A stretch of 64,000 nucleotides of DNA from Candidatus Izemoplasmatales bacterium. Lineage in GTDB: Bacteria > Bacillota_I > Bacilli_A > Izemoplasmatales > Hujiaoplasmataceae. Position 1 is the stretch's first letter. The number at the start of each line of letters is the position of its first letter. A model generated the notes under the pieces. The model saw only the letters and a list, made by a program, of their open reading frames with translations, searched no databases and was not told where the DNA came from. Location: NCBI GenBank assembly GCA_050177605.1, contig JBFXGX010000007.1, forward strand, positions 1 to 64,000, in the 5' to 3' direction. Shown piece after piece: positions 47,974 through 58,001 of the stretch. Both the position numbers and the translations under genes were made by a program.

Positions 47974-49207
47974 ATCGTAATGTAGATCCTGAACGGATAA
48001 TATGATCCTCAATTTTTGATAAATCTGCTGTTGCGAAGATACGACAGTTTCTTCCAACAACCATGTTTTTAGGTACAATAATATCTTTTCCTAAAACCGT
48101 GATCCCTTCACTTAATAATTGTGGATTTTCTTGATTTGGTGTGTAGTCTGTACCGAATCCAACGAGTGCATTTTCTTGAATAACGGTATTTTTATCGATG
48201 ATACAGTTTTCGACGATTGCTCCTGGTTTCACCACGACACCATTTAATAAGACTGAATTAGTTACTTTTGCCAGTGGATGAACGATAACGCCTGGGCTTA
48301 ATACGCTTCTTTCCACATGTCCAGCCACAATCGATCCATTCGATAATAAAGCTTGTCTAATGACGGCTTTTGAACCAATTTTAACTGCAGGCAATTCTTC
48401 TGATTTTGTGTAGATTTTCCACTTATGATCATACATGTCAAGCGGAATTTTATCTACAGTTTCAATTAATTCCAGATTTGCTGCCAAATAGGAATCATAG
48501 GTTCCAACATCTTGCCAATAATCATAATATTTAAAGGCAAATACTTCTTCTTTGCCAATCATCGATGGAATAATATGCTTTCCAAAGTCTAAATCAGGAA
48601 TGGTATTGTTACGAAGTTTTTCTAAGAGGACATCTGTACTAAAGACATAGATTCCCATTGAAGCTAAATCTGAGGTTGTTTGTTTTGGTTTTTCTTCAAA
48701 TTTGGAGATTTTTAATGTCTCATCTGCTTCTAACATTCCAAAACGATGCGCTTCTTTTGGATCAATCACCTTACATGCAACAGTTAAACTAGCACCTTTT
48801 TCGATATGTTGATTAATCATATCTCGATAATCCATTTTGTAAATATGATCTCCAGATAAAATAAGCACATATTTTGCGTGGCTTTGTTCGATATAATGAA
48901 TATTTTTTCGAACTGCGTCCGCAGTTCCATTATACCAATCACTATGAGGTTGTAATAAAGTTACTTTGGAATCTCTTCTGTCTAGATCCCATGGTTTACC
49001 TGAACCAATGTGATCATTTAAAGAAAATGGTAAGTATTGAGTCAAAATCGCAATGTTAAAGATACCTGAGTTCGAGCAATTACTTAATGTAAAATCAATG
49101 ATTCTGTACTTTCCAGCAAAGGGGACACTTGGTTTCACTCTATTTTCGGATAGAATATCAAGTCTAGAACCTCTACCACCTGCTAATATTAATGCTAATA
49201 CTTCCAT
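47972..49207 (-). CDS. glgC: Glucose-1-phosphate adenylyltransferase
   Basis: LAGGRGSRL, KPSVPFAGKYRIIDF, GTADAV, SGDHIYKMDY, FEEKP, ASMGIY and YWQDVGT motifs. Confidence 0.95.
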   Translation of the reverse strand: MEVLALILAGGRGSRLDILSENRVKPSVPFAGKYRIIDFTLSNCSNSGIFNIAILTQYLPFSLNDHIGSGKPWDLDRRDSKVTLLQPHSDWYNGTADAVRKNIHYIEQSHAKYVLILSGDHIYKMDYRDMINQHIEKGASLTVACKVIDPKEAHRFGMLEADETLKISKFEEKPKQTTSDLASMGIYVFSTDVLLEKLRNNTIPDLDFGKHIIPSMIGKEEVFAFKYYDYWQDVGTYDSYLAANLELIETVDKIPLDMYDHKWKIYTKSEELPAVKIGSKAVIRQALLSNGSIVAGHVERSVLSPGVIVHPLAKVTNSVLLNGVVVKPGAIVENCIIDKNTVIQENALVGFGTDYTPNQENPQLLSEGITVLGKDIIVPKNMVVGRNCRIFATADLSKIEDHIIRSGSTLR

Positions 49208-49220
49208 AAAAACACCTCTC

Positions 49221-50645
49221 TTATCCTTTCAATACTTGTCGATATAGTTTTTTATATGTTTTTGCGGATTGCGTCCAACTAAAGTCAGCACTCATCGCAT
49301 TTTTCACAAGAATATCAAAACTTTTTTTATCTTGATGGAATACTTTTAATGCATAACGGATGACATACATCATATCGTGTGCATTATAGCTAGTAAAACT
49401 AAATCCATTACCAGTCTTGTCAAACTCATTATAAGGTGATACGGTATCTACCAAACCGCCAGTTTCTCTAACAATTGGCAAGGTCCCGTATTTTAAAGCG
49501 ATGATTTGACCGAGTCCACATGGCTCAAATTTAGATGGCATCAAAAAGAAATCTGAGGCGCTATAAATCATATGAGCTAGTTTGTTTGAATAGCCAATTA
49601 TTTTTTTAACTTTATTTGGGAATAAATTTTCGAGATGACTGAAATAATCAACGTATTCTTGTTCACCACTTCCAAGGACAATAAATACAAAATCATCACT
49701 TTCAAGAAGTTCATGGAATACTCTTTTCACTAAATCCAACCCTTTTTGACTAACCAGTCTTGAAATGATGGATATCATCGGTTTTTTTAAATCAAAATGG
49801 ACACCTAATTCTTTATATAAATCTTCTTTACACGCCATTTTTCCTTGTTTAACGGTGTCGATATCAAAATGATGGATAATAAAAGGATCGTTTTCTGGAG
49901 AGAATTCTTTATAATCAATTCCGTTTAAGATTCCAGTTAATTGATTTTTCCTTGCTTTTAATAGTTTTTGCATGCCATAGCCAAAATAATCAGTCATAAT
50001 TTCTTCTGCGTACGTATGGGATACAGTCGATAGATGATCTGCACTCACAATACCACACTTGAGGAAGTTAATAAAACCTTCAAATTCAAATCTACCATCA
50101 TAAGGGATATTAAAGAATTGATAGTTATCAATTGGGAAAATCCCTTGATAAGCAAGGTTATGGATGCTTAAAACTGTTTTAATTTTGTCTAGTTCAGGAT
50201 TTGACTTAATGAGTAACGGAATCATACCAGTATGCCAATCATGCACATGAATCAAATCAGGGAAAAAGTCGATATAAGCAAGAGACGCTAAAGCAGCTTT
50301 TTGAAAATAAGCAAAACGTTCAGCTTCATCTCCATATCCGTATACTTGTTCTCTTGAGCCAAAATAAAATTGATTATCGATAAAGTAATAAAGGATATTT
50401 CCTAGTTTTAATGTTTCAATTCCAACATAAACATTTTGTTTATCACCTAATGTAACTGTAAGGTGGGTAAGATGTTTCATCTTCTTTTGATAGTTGCTAG
50501 GAATTGCTTTATACTTTGGTAACATGACTCTAGCCTCTACGTTACCGAGGCGTTTAATTTCACTTGGTAAACTACCTACAACGTCAGCCAAACCACCGAT
50601 TTTTACAAATGGATAACATTCTGCACTAATATGTAATACGTTCAA
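49221..50645 (-). CDS. glgA: Glycogen synthase
   Basis: K(I)GGLADV, HVHDWH, IHNLAYQG, NGID, RL..QKG, PSKFEPCGL and TGGL.DTV motifs; TTG start after GGAGG. Confidence 0.95.
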   Translation of the reverse strand: MNVLHISAECYPFVKIGGLADVVGSLPSEIKRLGNVEARVMLPKYKAIPSNYQKKMKHLTHLTVTLGDKQNVYVGIETLKLGNILYYFIDNQFYFGSREQVYGYGDEAERFAYFQKAALASLAYIDFFPDLIHVHDWHTGMIPLLIKSNPELDKIKTVLSIHNLAYQGIFPIDNYQFFNIPYDGRFEFEGFINFLKCGIVSADHLSTVSHTYAEEIMTDYFGYGMQKLLKARKNQLTGILNGIDYKEFSPENDPFIIHHFDIDTVKQGKMACKEDLYKELGVHFDLKKPMISIISRLVSQKGLDLVKRVFHELLESDDFVFIVLGSGEQEYVDYFSHLENLFPNKVKKIIGYSNKLAHMIYSASDFFLMPSKFEPCGLGQIIALKYGTLPIVRETGGLVDTVSPYNEFDKTGNGFSFTSYNAHDMMYVIRYALKVFHQDKKSFDILVKNAMSADFSWTQSAKTYKKLYRQVLKG

Positions 50646-50702
50646 TATAAGCCCTCCTTCGGAATTCAATTTATTATATCACAAATCACAAAAAAATACC
50701 TT

Positions 50703-53066
50703 TTATGGCCAAAATTTAATCAAATCTTTTTTAAATATTGACATGATTAAATAGGTTGTTTCCATCAGTAAGAATAATAGTAAGAAACTAGGTACAGATA
50801 AAGCAGTTAATTTGAAGTAACTTCCAAAAAGCGTAAAGCTAATTAATGAGATGAATAAACTCGAAAGAACGATAATCGATCGTCTTTTGTTTAATGGACT
50901 ACTTACTTTTACTAAGACGAGTAAATAAGCAAATGTAGCTGCGATAATACCGACTGTCGAGATTTCTGCTTCGGTTATATTTGTCCAAAATGAGGCGAAA
51001 ACATATACACCAACGAGATTAGCAATGACAAGCAAACTACCTGGAATGACTTGCTTCATTACTTTTCGCATAAACTTTCCTTCAAACCGAGCTGTATTTG
51101 GCTCTAAGGCTAAGAAAAATGACGGAACGCCAATAATAAATGTTTCAATAACGATCATTTGTACAGGTTCAAATGGATAGATATTTGAAGTGAGTAATAA
51201 GATCACCGCAAGTAAAATGGTGTATAACGTTTTGACTAAATATAAAACGGATGCATTTTGCATATTCGATACAATTTGACGACCTTCTTTTACTACTTGA
51301 GGCAAAGAAGAAAAATCGTTATTTAATAATACTAAATGACTAATGTTAATTGCAGCATCTGCGCCACTTGCAAGCGCAATCGAACAATTCGACTCTTTCA
51401 GTGCAAGAATATCGTTGACTCCATCGCCAATCATCGCAACTTTTTTGCCTTGATTTTTGAATTCTTGAATCAGGATTTTCTTTTGTTCAGGACTAACACG
51501 GCCAAACACTGTATATTTATGACAAATTTCTCTTAGTTTATCATCGTCTATTTTTTCAAGAGACAAATATTTTCTCGCGTCCTTAACGCCCGCTCTGTTT
51601 GCGACTTCAGAAACTGTCAACGCGTTATCTCCACTGATGACTTTGATATCGACGCCTGCTTCTCTAAATTCGTCGAGGGTTGCTTTCGCACTTTCGCGAA
51701 TATGATCATTTATTGCGATAAAACCAATAGCAACTGGTGCAGTAATCTTATCATTCGATAAGGATGATGCTTTTGCAAATAGCAAAACACGTTTTCCTTG
51801 TTTCGCCAGTTTTTCTGCTTCTTTGCGTATCTCACCATACTTACCTTTATAAATCATTTCTGGAGCTCCATAGGCGTACACTCCTTCATCAAACTGAACG
51901 GCAGCGTACTTCCTAGAAGAGTCAAAAGGTAATATATTTTTCGCTCTAAATAATCTTTTTGAACCAAAGAATTTACGCATTGCTTCTGCAGTCTGGTTTT
52001 GATCATTAAGCGCATAGTTCATGGAAGAGATAATTCGTTTATAATCCAAATTTTGAAGTTCCTCTTCTGTGAGGGATTCTAGAGGATAAAAGCCATCTAC
52101 TTGCATTAATCCATCGGTGATTGTTCCGGTTTTATCCAGACAAACAAGATCAACTCTTGCAAGGGTTTCAATAGCATATTGTTCTTGAACTGATGTGTGA
52201 TGTTTTGATAATTTCACAACGGAGTTTGCGAAAGTTACTGTGGTTAACAAGAAGAGACCTGACGGAACCATCGCTATCATCGCTCCTGCCATCTTTTTTA
52301 ATGCTGTTTGATAACTGACAGGGTCATGTAGAAAATCAAGCATATAGTCAAAATTTGATGTTTTATAGACGTTGATAAAGGTTAAGATTCCTAGTGGAAT
52401 AATGATGATACCAATCCATTTTAATAATTTTCTTAAACTATTCAAGATTTCTGAAGATGGGGCACCAAGTCTTTTTACTTTAGAAGACAATTGTTCAATG
52501 TAATTATCTTTCCCGACAGCAGTGACTTCTAAGTAGGCATCACCACTTACAATGTAACTCCCTGAAAGAACGCTGTCACCGACCGTCTTGATGATTGGAT
52601 CGCTTTCTCCAGTTAAATTGGATTCGTTGACTGTAATCTGTCCAGATTGGATAGTCGCATCACTCACAATTTGATTACCTAAGACAACATGATAAATATC
52701 ACCTAAGACAATTTGCTCAATTAATATTTCGCTGATTGTTTGTTCTCTGACAACTTCAACGGTCGATGCACTTAATAAAGACAGTTCTTTGATTGTATTT
52801 CGTGTTTTGATTTCTTGAAAGATACCTATGATCGTATTGATGATTGCAATCACTAAAAAAACAAGATTTTCATAACTTCTAATTGATATGAGCAAGATAG
52901 CTAAAATAGCTAAAATCAAATTGAAATATGAAAATACATTATCTGTTATTATTTTACGAACGCTTTTTAAGTTGGTTGATTTGACAATATTAACTTGACC
53001 TTCTAAAGTCCTTTTTTCTACCTCTTCTAGGGATAAACCTGTGGGTAAATTATTCTCGTTTTTCAT
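50703..53066 (-). CDS. P-type cation-transporting ATPase (CtpE-like)
   Basis: LTGES, DKTGTIT, ISGDN, RVSPEQK and MIGDGVND motifs. Confidence 0.92.
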   Translation of the reverse strand: MKNENNLPTGLSLEEVEKRTLEGQVNIVKSTNLKSVRKIITDNVFSYFNLILAILAILLISIRSYENLVFLVIAIINTIIGIFQEIKTRNTIKELSLLSASTVEVVREQTISEILIEQIVLGDIYHVVLGNQIVSDATIQSGQITVNESNLTGESDPIIKTVGDSVLSGSYIVSGDAYLEVTAVGKDNYIEQLSSKVKRLGAPSSEILNSLRKLLKWIGIIIIPLGILTFINVYKTSNFDYMLDFLHDPVSYQTALKKMAGAMIAMVPSGLFLLTTVTFANSVVKLSKHHTSVQEQYAIETLARVDLVCLDKTGTITDGLMQVDGFYPLESLTEEELQNLDYKRIISSMNYALNDQNQTAEAMRKFFGSKRLFRAKNILPFDSSRKYAAVQFDEGVYAYGAPEMIYKGKYGEIRKEAEKLAKQGKRVLLFAKASSLSNDKITAPVAIGFIAINDHIRESAKATLDEFREAGVDIKVISGDNALTVSEVANRAGVKDARKYLSLEKIDDDKLREICHKYTVFGRVSPEQKKILIQEFKNQGKKVAMIGDGVNDILALKESNCSIALASGADAAINISHLVLLNNDFSSLPQVVKEGRQIVSNMQNASVLYLVKTLYTILLAVILLLTSNIYPFEPVQMIVIETFIIGVPSFFLALEPNTARFEGKFMRKVMKQVIPGSLLVIANLVGVYVFASFWTNITEAEISTVGIIAATFAYLLVLVKVSSPLNKRRSIIVLSSLFISLISFTLFGSYFKLTALSVPSFLLLFLLMETTYLIMSIFKKDLIKFWP

Positions 53067-53173
53067 TTATTCCACCTACATTCTTTGATATTATATCAAA
53101 AATGAGTATTTTATTCAATAATGCACAGTAATAACATAAAAATTATAAAAAAAAGCTTAGTTTTCTAAGCTTT

Positions 53174-54802
53174 TTAGTGTTCAAATACGCTTTTTCCAAT
53201 AAATTCTCTTAAAATTGAGTTGCATGGAACGAGATATTCATCAATCTCTTTGAAATACTTCAAGAATTTAATTAAGCGGTTTGCTTGAATAAAGTATTCA
53301 CTATCATACGGAATATGTTTTAACGCATTCAGAGCATATCTTTTTAATACACAAAGTTCATAGGTTAATTCAGAGTTATAGATATAATTTGCACTTTCGA
53401 TGAAAGGGTAAATCCATTTATATTCACCACGGCGAACAGATGGCCACATTTCTAAAGTTTGTTCTGGAGAAGTGTTTCTAAATTGCAAATCACGAACGAT
53501 TCTTCTTAATAAACGTAAATCTGTTAAATTGATTGGATTTTGATAATCAATATTAATTTGTGCAAATGGTGAAATATAGATTTTAAATTTTTTGTCAGAA
53601 GGAATAAACTCAGTTAATAAATCATTAAGGGCGTGGATTCCTTCAATAATAATTGGTGTTTTTTTGGAAATAGAAATTGGCTCTGAATAATATCTCTTTT
53701 TATCTTTAAAGTTGAATGTAGGAAGACTTACTGCTTCACCATTGACTAAATCAGTGATATTTTGATTAAATAATGGCAAATCCAGTGCTTGGACGTGTTC
53801 TAAATCTGGCTTTCCAAATTCATCAATCGGTGCTTTATCACTGGTTAAGTAATAATTATCAATGGATATCATTAAAGGCTTAATGCCTCTTGTTAACAAT
53901 TCGATTTCAAGTCTTCTTGAGAATGTGGTTTTGCCGGATGAAGATGGACCTGCGATGGCGATCAATCGAATATCATCGATATCTTTTGAAATGATTTCTC
54001 CAAGCTCACATAGTTGATTGTTATGTTTTGTTTCACACATATTAACAAACTCAACTTGTTTTCCTGCTTCTACTTTCTGATTCATATTGAAGATCATTTC
54101 TGCATCACATTGAATTGCCCATTGTTCAGCTTTATTGAGTACTCTTAAAAATCCTGGTGAGTCTGCGAATTCAGGTATTTGGCCTTTTTCTTCAATCCGA
54201 GGATATCTAACAAGGAAACCAGGGCTATAATAAAATAGCTCAAATTCAGTTAAATATCTTGTCGATGGTACCATATACCCATACATATAGTTTAAATAGC
54301 CATCGCATTCATAGACATTGACTTTTTCTTTACGGTATTTTAAGGTGTTTACTTTGTCTGTATAATCCTTTTGCTCGTAAATCTTTTTAATTTTTGAGAT
54401 AGCGACGGTCTGTCTTGTGATTGGATAATCACTAACAATGATTTTCTTCATTTCCTCAACGACTTGATGAATCATGTCTGGTGTTAAAGTATCGTTGACT
54501 GCTTTACCATAGATTCCCATTGAAATTGAATTTGAGAATTTAATCTTGATATGTGGAAACACACGATCAAACGCCATTGAAACAATGTAACGCATACTTG
54601 TGGCATAAATTCTAGTAGAGTCATAGTAACTATAATCGAGGAATTCAACTTCAGAGTCCCGGTTGACTTCGAAGGATAATTCTCTTAATCTGTTGTTCAC
54701 TTTGGCTGCATAAAACACGCCTGGATAATTCTTGCTCAGTACTTCTAATCTTATACTGTTTTCATATGTATATTCGTCTTTACCGACTTTCACTTTAAAC
54801 AT
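53174..54802 (-). CDS. Nucleoside (uridine) kinase with ThrRS-like N-terminal domains
   Basis: AAKVNNRL and Y..YMYGYMVPST in the N-terminal part; GPSSSGKTT, EGIHALN, RLLRRIVRD and W.SVRRGE in the kinase domain. Confidence 0.88.
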   Translation of the reverse strand: MFKVKVGKDEYTYENSIRLEVLSKNYPGVFYAAKVNNRLRELSFEVNRDSEVEFLDYSYYDSTRIYATSMRYIVSMAFDRVFPHIKIKFSNSISMGIYGKAVNDTLTPDMIHQVVEEMKKIIVSDYPITRQTVAISKIKKIYEQKDYTDKVNTLKYRKEKVNVYECDGYLNYMYGYMVPSTRYLTEFELFYYSPGFLVRYPRIEEKGQIPEFADSPGFLRVLNKAEQWAIQCDAEMIFNMNQKVEAGKQVEFVNMCETKHNNQLCELGEIISKDIDDIRLIAIAGPSSSGKTTFSRRLEIELLTRGIKPLMISIDNYYLTSDKAPIDEFGKPDLEHVQALDLPLFNQNITDLVNGEAVSLPTFNFKDKKRYYSEPISISKKTPIIIEGIHALNDLLTEFIPSDKKFKIYISPFAQINIDYQNPINLTDLRLLRRIVRDLQFRNTSPEQTLEMWPSVRRGEYKWIYPFIESANYIYNSELTYELCVLKRYALNALKHIPYDSEYFIQANRLIKFLKYFKEIDEYLVPCNSILREFIGKSVFEH

Positions 54803-54962
54803 CTTGTACCTCCTATGAAAACGCTTGTATATCTATTGTACTATATTATTCGTATTTTGCAAGTGTTTTATTTTAGTATTTTTCGTGTATAAATGGATGT
54901 TTATTAATTTCCATTTTAAGGAAAGTTATAGTATAATATTCTTTAAAGAAAAGAGGGGTCCT

Positions 54963-55787
54963 ATGATTCGGTTTTTATCGTTTTTTTCTAGTGCAGGCAT
55001 GGATGATGATCCAATGCTCTATCTCTTTCAATGGCAACATTTCCTTTATGTTGCGCTTGGTATCATTAGCTTTTTTGTGATACTTCATCTAATGAAGGAC
55101 AAACCAAAAAAAACAAGAGACCGGTTTATCACGATACTCTTGGTGTTGATGTTACTATTAAAATATGGTGGAGAAATCATCTTTGTAAGTGAATACTATC
55201 GTTTTGACGAACTGGTCTCTCCTCATACACATCCATTAATAGATTTTCAAACGATTATTTCGTTTCAACTATGTGGGGTAAACAATGTACTTCTTCCTAT
55301 CGTTATATGGTTTAATATCAAGCCGATGAAAGATTTTGTTTATACAACCTCGATAATTGGTGGTTTAGCTGTTTTATTATATCCAGTCGGCGTTTTATAT
55401 GGAGAACCACTCGTACTCACATTTGTTATGATTCGAACTTTAATTGTTCATTTCCTATTGATATTTATTCCTTTATTCTTGATTATCACTGGTGAATTCA
55501 CCCTTGAGGGTAAAAATTGGAAAAATACACTTTATGGATCTCTTCTGATGGCCGCATGGAGCCTCTTTGGAAACGTCGTTATCTATCCTGGAGCCAATTA
55601 TATGTATATGATGGAAAATCCTTTTTATGGCGGACCGATTCCATTATTGAATCAATTACCGAATGGATATCATCTGTTTTTACAGATTCCGATCTTAATT
55701 TTGGGTTTTGTTCTGGTCTATCAATTAATTTTCTTCATTCAACGTCATAGATTTCAACCTAATATGAAAAAAAATCAACTTGGATAA
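54963..55787 (+). CDS. YwaF/TMEM164-like integral membrane protein
   Basis: F.WQH, FQLC, H in a TM segment and ANYMYM motifs; about 6-7 TMs. Confidence 0.7.
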   Translation: MIRFLSFFSSAGMDDDPMLYLFQWQHFLYVALGIISFFVILHLMKDKPKKTRDRFITILLVLMLLLKYGGEIIFVSEYYRFDELVSPHTHPLIDFQTIISFQLCGVNNVLLPIVIWFNIKPMKDFVYTTSIIGGLAVLLYPVGVLYGEPLVLTFVMIRTLIVHFLLIFIPLFLIITGEFTLEGKNWKNTLYGSLLMAAWSLFGNVVIYPGANYMYMMENPFYGGPIPLLNQLPNGYHLFLQIPILILGFVLVYQLIFFIQRHRFQPNMKKNQLG

Positions 55788-55797
55788 AGTTGATTTT

Positions 55798-56676
55798 TTA
55801 TTGGATAAGCGAGTTATATAAGGCAACTAAATCGTCAATATTTAAGCCGAGTAAGGTCGTAATTTGACTCACATCTTGATATTGTTCATCAAGTTCTACA
55901 ATCATCATTACGAGCGCAAAATGCGCTTCAGAGATATTGTATATCGATGTATAGTAACTTTTTAATGATGTATACGAAGAACTGGTATAGGTTTGCGATT
56001 CACCATAGGTTGCGTCTACGCCAGAATTAATTACATCATTAAAATAATCTTGAATATCATTTTCGTCTGTCTTCGCTGGCGATTCAGTTACTTCAGGACT
56101 AGTCACAGTCGAAAAGAGTGTAAAGATTGCTTCTACGTTTATTGAAGATGTTGGGATGACAAATGTTTGATAGGAATTATTCGAGAAATAGGCACTAATA
56201 TCAGATTCTAAATTGATTTGATTTAAATAAGTATCTGAACTTACACCAATTAATATGGTTTGACTCTCACTTGTTAAGAATCCAAGATCTTCTGAAGTAT
56301 CGAGAATATCGTCAAGTACTAGATCCACGTTCCCACTCGATTTATTCATCGAGGATAACAATAAGACACCATCATCATTAATCGGGGTAATATCGATTAC
56401 TTTGTCATATTTATTCATAAATACTTCAACTGAAGGATTAATATCTAATGTGAAACTAGAGGTGACAGTATAATAACTTTTATAGCCAATAAACGATAGG
56501 AACGAAATGATAAATAATCCAAAAGAGGCCATAGCGATTCGAAATACAGGAAGTTTTTTTGAAGGATACATAGGTTCTTTAGAATCTTGTATGATTTTCT
56601 CTACAAAATCATGTTGATAAGGAATATTGGTTTCAACCGATGATTTTATTAGCTTTTTCCATTCGTTTCTTTTCAT
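55798..56676 (-). CDS. Membrane anti-sigma factor with an RsgI-like extracellular domain
   Basis: Short cytoplasmic N-terminus, one TM, then TLDINPSVE...KVI..PINDDG; ATGA overlap with the sigma gene. Confidence 0.8.
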   Translation of the reverse strand: MKRNEWKKLIKSSVETNIPYQHDFVEKIIQDSKEPMYPSKKLPVFRIAMASFGLFIISFLSFIGYKSYYTVTSSFTLDINPSVEVFMNKYDKVIDITPINDDGVLLLSSMNKSSGNVDLVLDDILDTSEDLGFLTSESQTILIGVSSDTYLNQINLESDISAYFSNNSYQTFVIPTSSINVEAIFTLFSTVTSPEVTESPAKTDENDIQDYFNDVINSGVDATYGESQTYTSSSYTSLKSYYTSIYNISEAHFALVMMIVELDEQYQDVSQITTLLGLNIDDLVALYNSLIQ

Positions 56677-57206
56677 TTTGACACCTCCTCTAACCATTTT
56701 TTGATTTTTTGATTTGCTTGTTGGTATAGCCAAGTGATTGTTCCAATCGGCTTATCCAAGATTAAAGCAATCTCACGATGTCTTAAGTTCTCAAGATTAT
56801 GAAGTAAATAGACATCTTTTTCAATATCGCTCAGTTGTGATAATGCTTGCTGAATGATTTCCTTCTTTTCAGCTTGTATTGAAGCATTATCGATTACGAT
56901 GCTTTGGTAGGTTTCAAAATAGTCATCACTATGAATTACTTTTTTCCTTTTGTGATATTCGTTAATGGAAAGATTTTTAGCGATTGTTAATAAATAAGCG
57001 AGTGGATTCGTACTATGATAAGTTGGTAACATTTCAATCATCTTCATATAGGTATCTTGCATGATATCTTCTGCAAGCGATTTATCATGGCTAATTGAAT
57101 AAGCCATATAGAATACTTGCCTATATGTTTCATCATAAAATTGTTGAAAAACACTCATATCGCCTTTTTGCATGACGCCTACCAGATGTTTTAATGATTC
57201 TCCCAT
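56673..57206 (-). CDS. ECF-type RNA polymerase sigma factor
   Basis: GDMSVF..FY, AEDIMQDTY, YLLTIAKN and L.HREIA.IL..PIGTI motifs; 177 aa with regions 2 and 4 only. Confidence 0.92.
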   Translation of the reverse strand: MGESLKHLVGVMQKGDMSVFQQFYDETYRQVFYMAYSISHDKSLAEDIMQDTYMKMIEMLPTYHSTNPLAYLLTIAKNLSINEYHKRKKVIHSDDYFETYQSIVIDNASIQAEKKEIIQQALSQLSDIEKDVYLLHNLENLRHREIALILDKPIGTITWLYQQANQKIKKWLEEVSK

Positions 57207-57333
57207 AGTAATCCCTCACTTCATATTTATTTTACCTTAAAGGAAGAATCTAATCAACATCGTAAATCATTAATATAAACAATCGACATTCCCTTTTTAT
57301 TGGTAAAAAAAGGACCAAAGAAGAATTCAATGG

Positions 57334-57978
57334 TCATTTTGTTTTTTTTGTATAATTTTGCTTGCGAATTTTTCCATCTTTTTTATGGATAACAAATGTT
57401 GTATCTTGGGATAAAGCTTTGATAGTCGCGTACGCGATTGCTTCTTTTTGTGTATGCAAAGCACGGATAATTTTATCCGAACCTTCTCTTTTTACAACCC
57501 ACATTTGATCGTCTTGACGAAAAACAATATGGTATTTTCCGAGAAGTTTCTTTTCAGGTTTTTGGATTTCTTCTTCTTGTTCGTTTTCTTCCGAATTCAT
57601 ATCAGGAAGATTATGCTCAACTGAATCCTCGGTATCTAAAGTAGATGATTTTTCATCGATTGGTTCGGCTAGAGGTGCACTCTCTACAACCGATTCTTCA
57701 GTATTAAGTTCCATCTTCTCCTCTATTTGTGGCGCTACTGAGGCATTAGTGGTTGGTGATGAAAAAGTCTTTGCTTCTTCTAGCGTAGGTTCATAACTAT
57801 CAAATGAATTTGTGATTGATTTTGATAATTGACCACTTTGGTCATTTGAATCGTTTTCAATCTTCGGCGCTAACTTATGATATCGGTAATTATAAATGAA
57901 ATAGGCGGTTACTAAAGCGAGAATGGTTCCACCTACAGTAATAATAAATAAGTAATAGTCTTGGATAAATTGAATCAT
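57334..57978 (-). CDS. Membrane-anchored DUF2188-domain protein
   Basis: N-terminal TM, acidic disordered linker, then YHI..W.VKREGS...TQKEAI...IHKKDGKIR. Confidence 0.8.
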   Translation of the reverse strand: MIQFIQDYYLFIITVGGTILALVTAYFIYNYRYHKLAPKIENDSNDQSGQLSKSITNSFDSYEPTLEEAKTFSSPTTNASVAPQIEEKMELNTEESVVESAPLAEPIDEKSSTLDTEDSVEHNLPDMNSEENEQEEEIQKPEKKLLGKYHIVFRQDDQMWVVKREGSDKIIRALHTQKEAIAYATIKALSQDTTFVIHKKDGKIRKQNYTKKTK

Positions 57979-58001
57979 TTTGTAACCTCCTTCCAAGCAA
58001 A

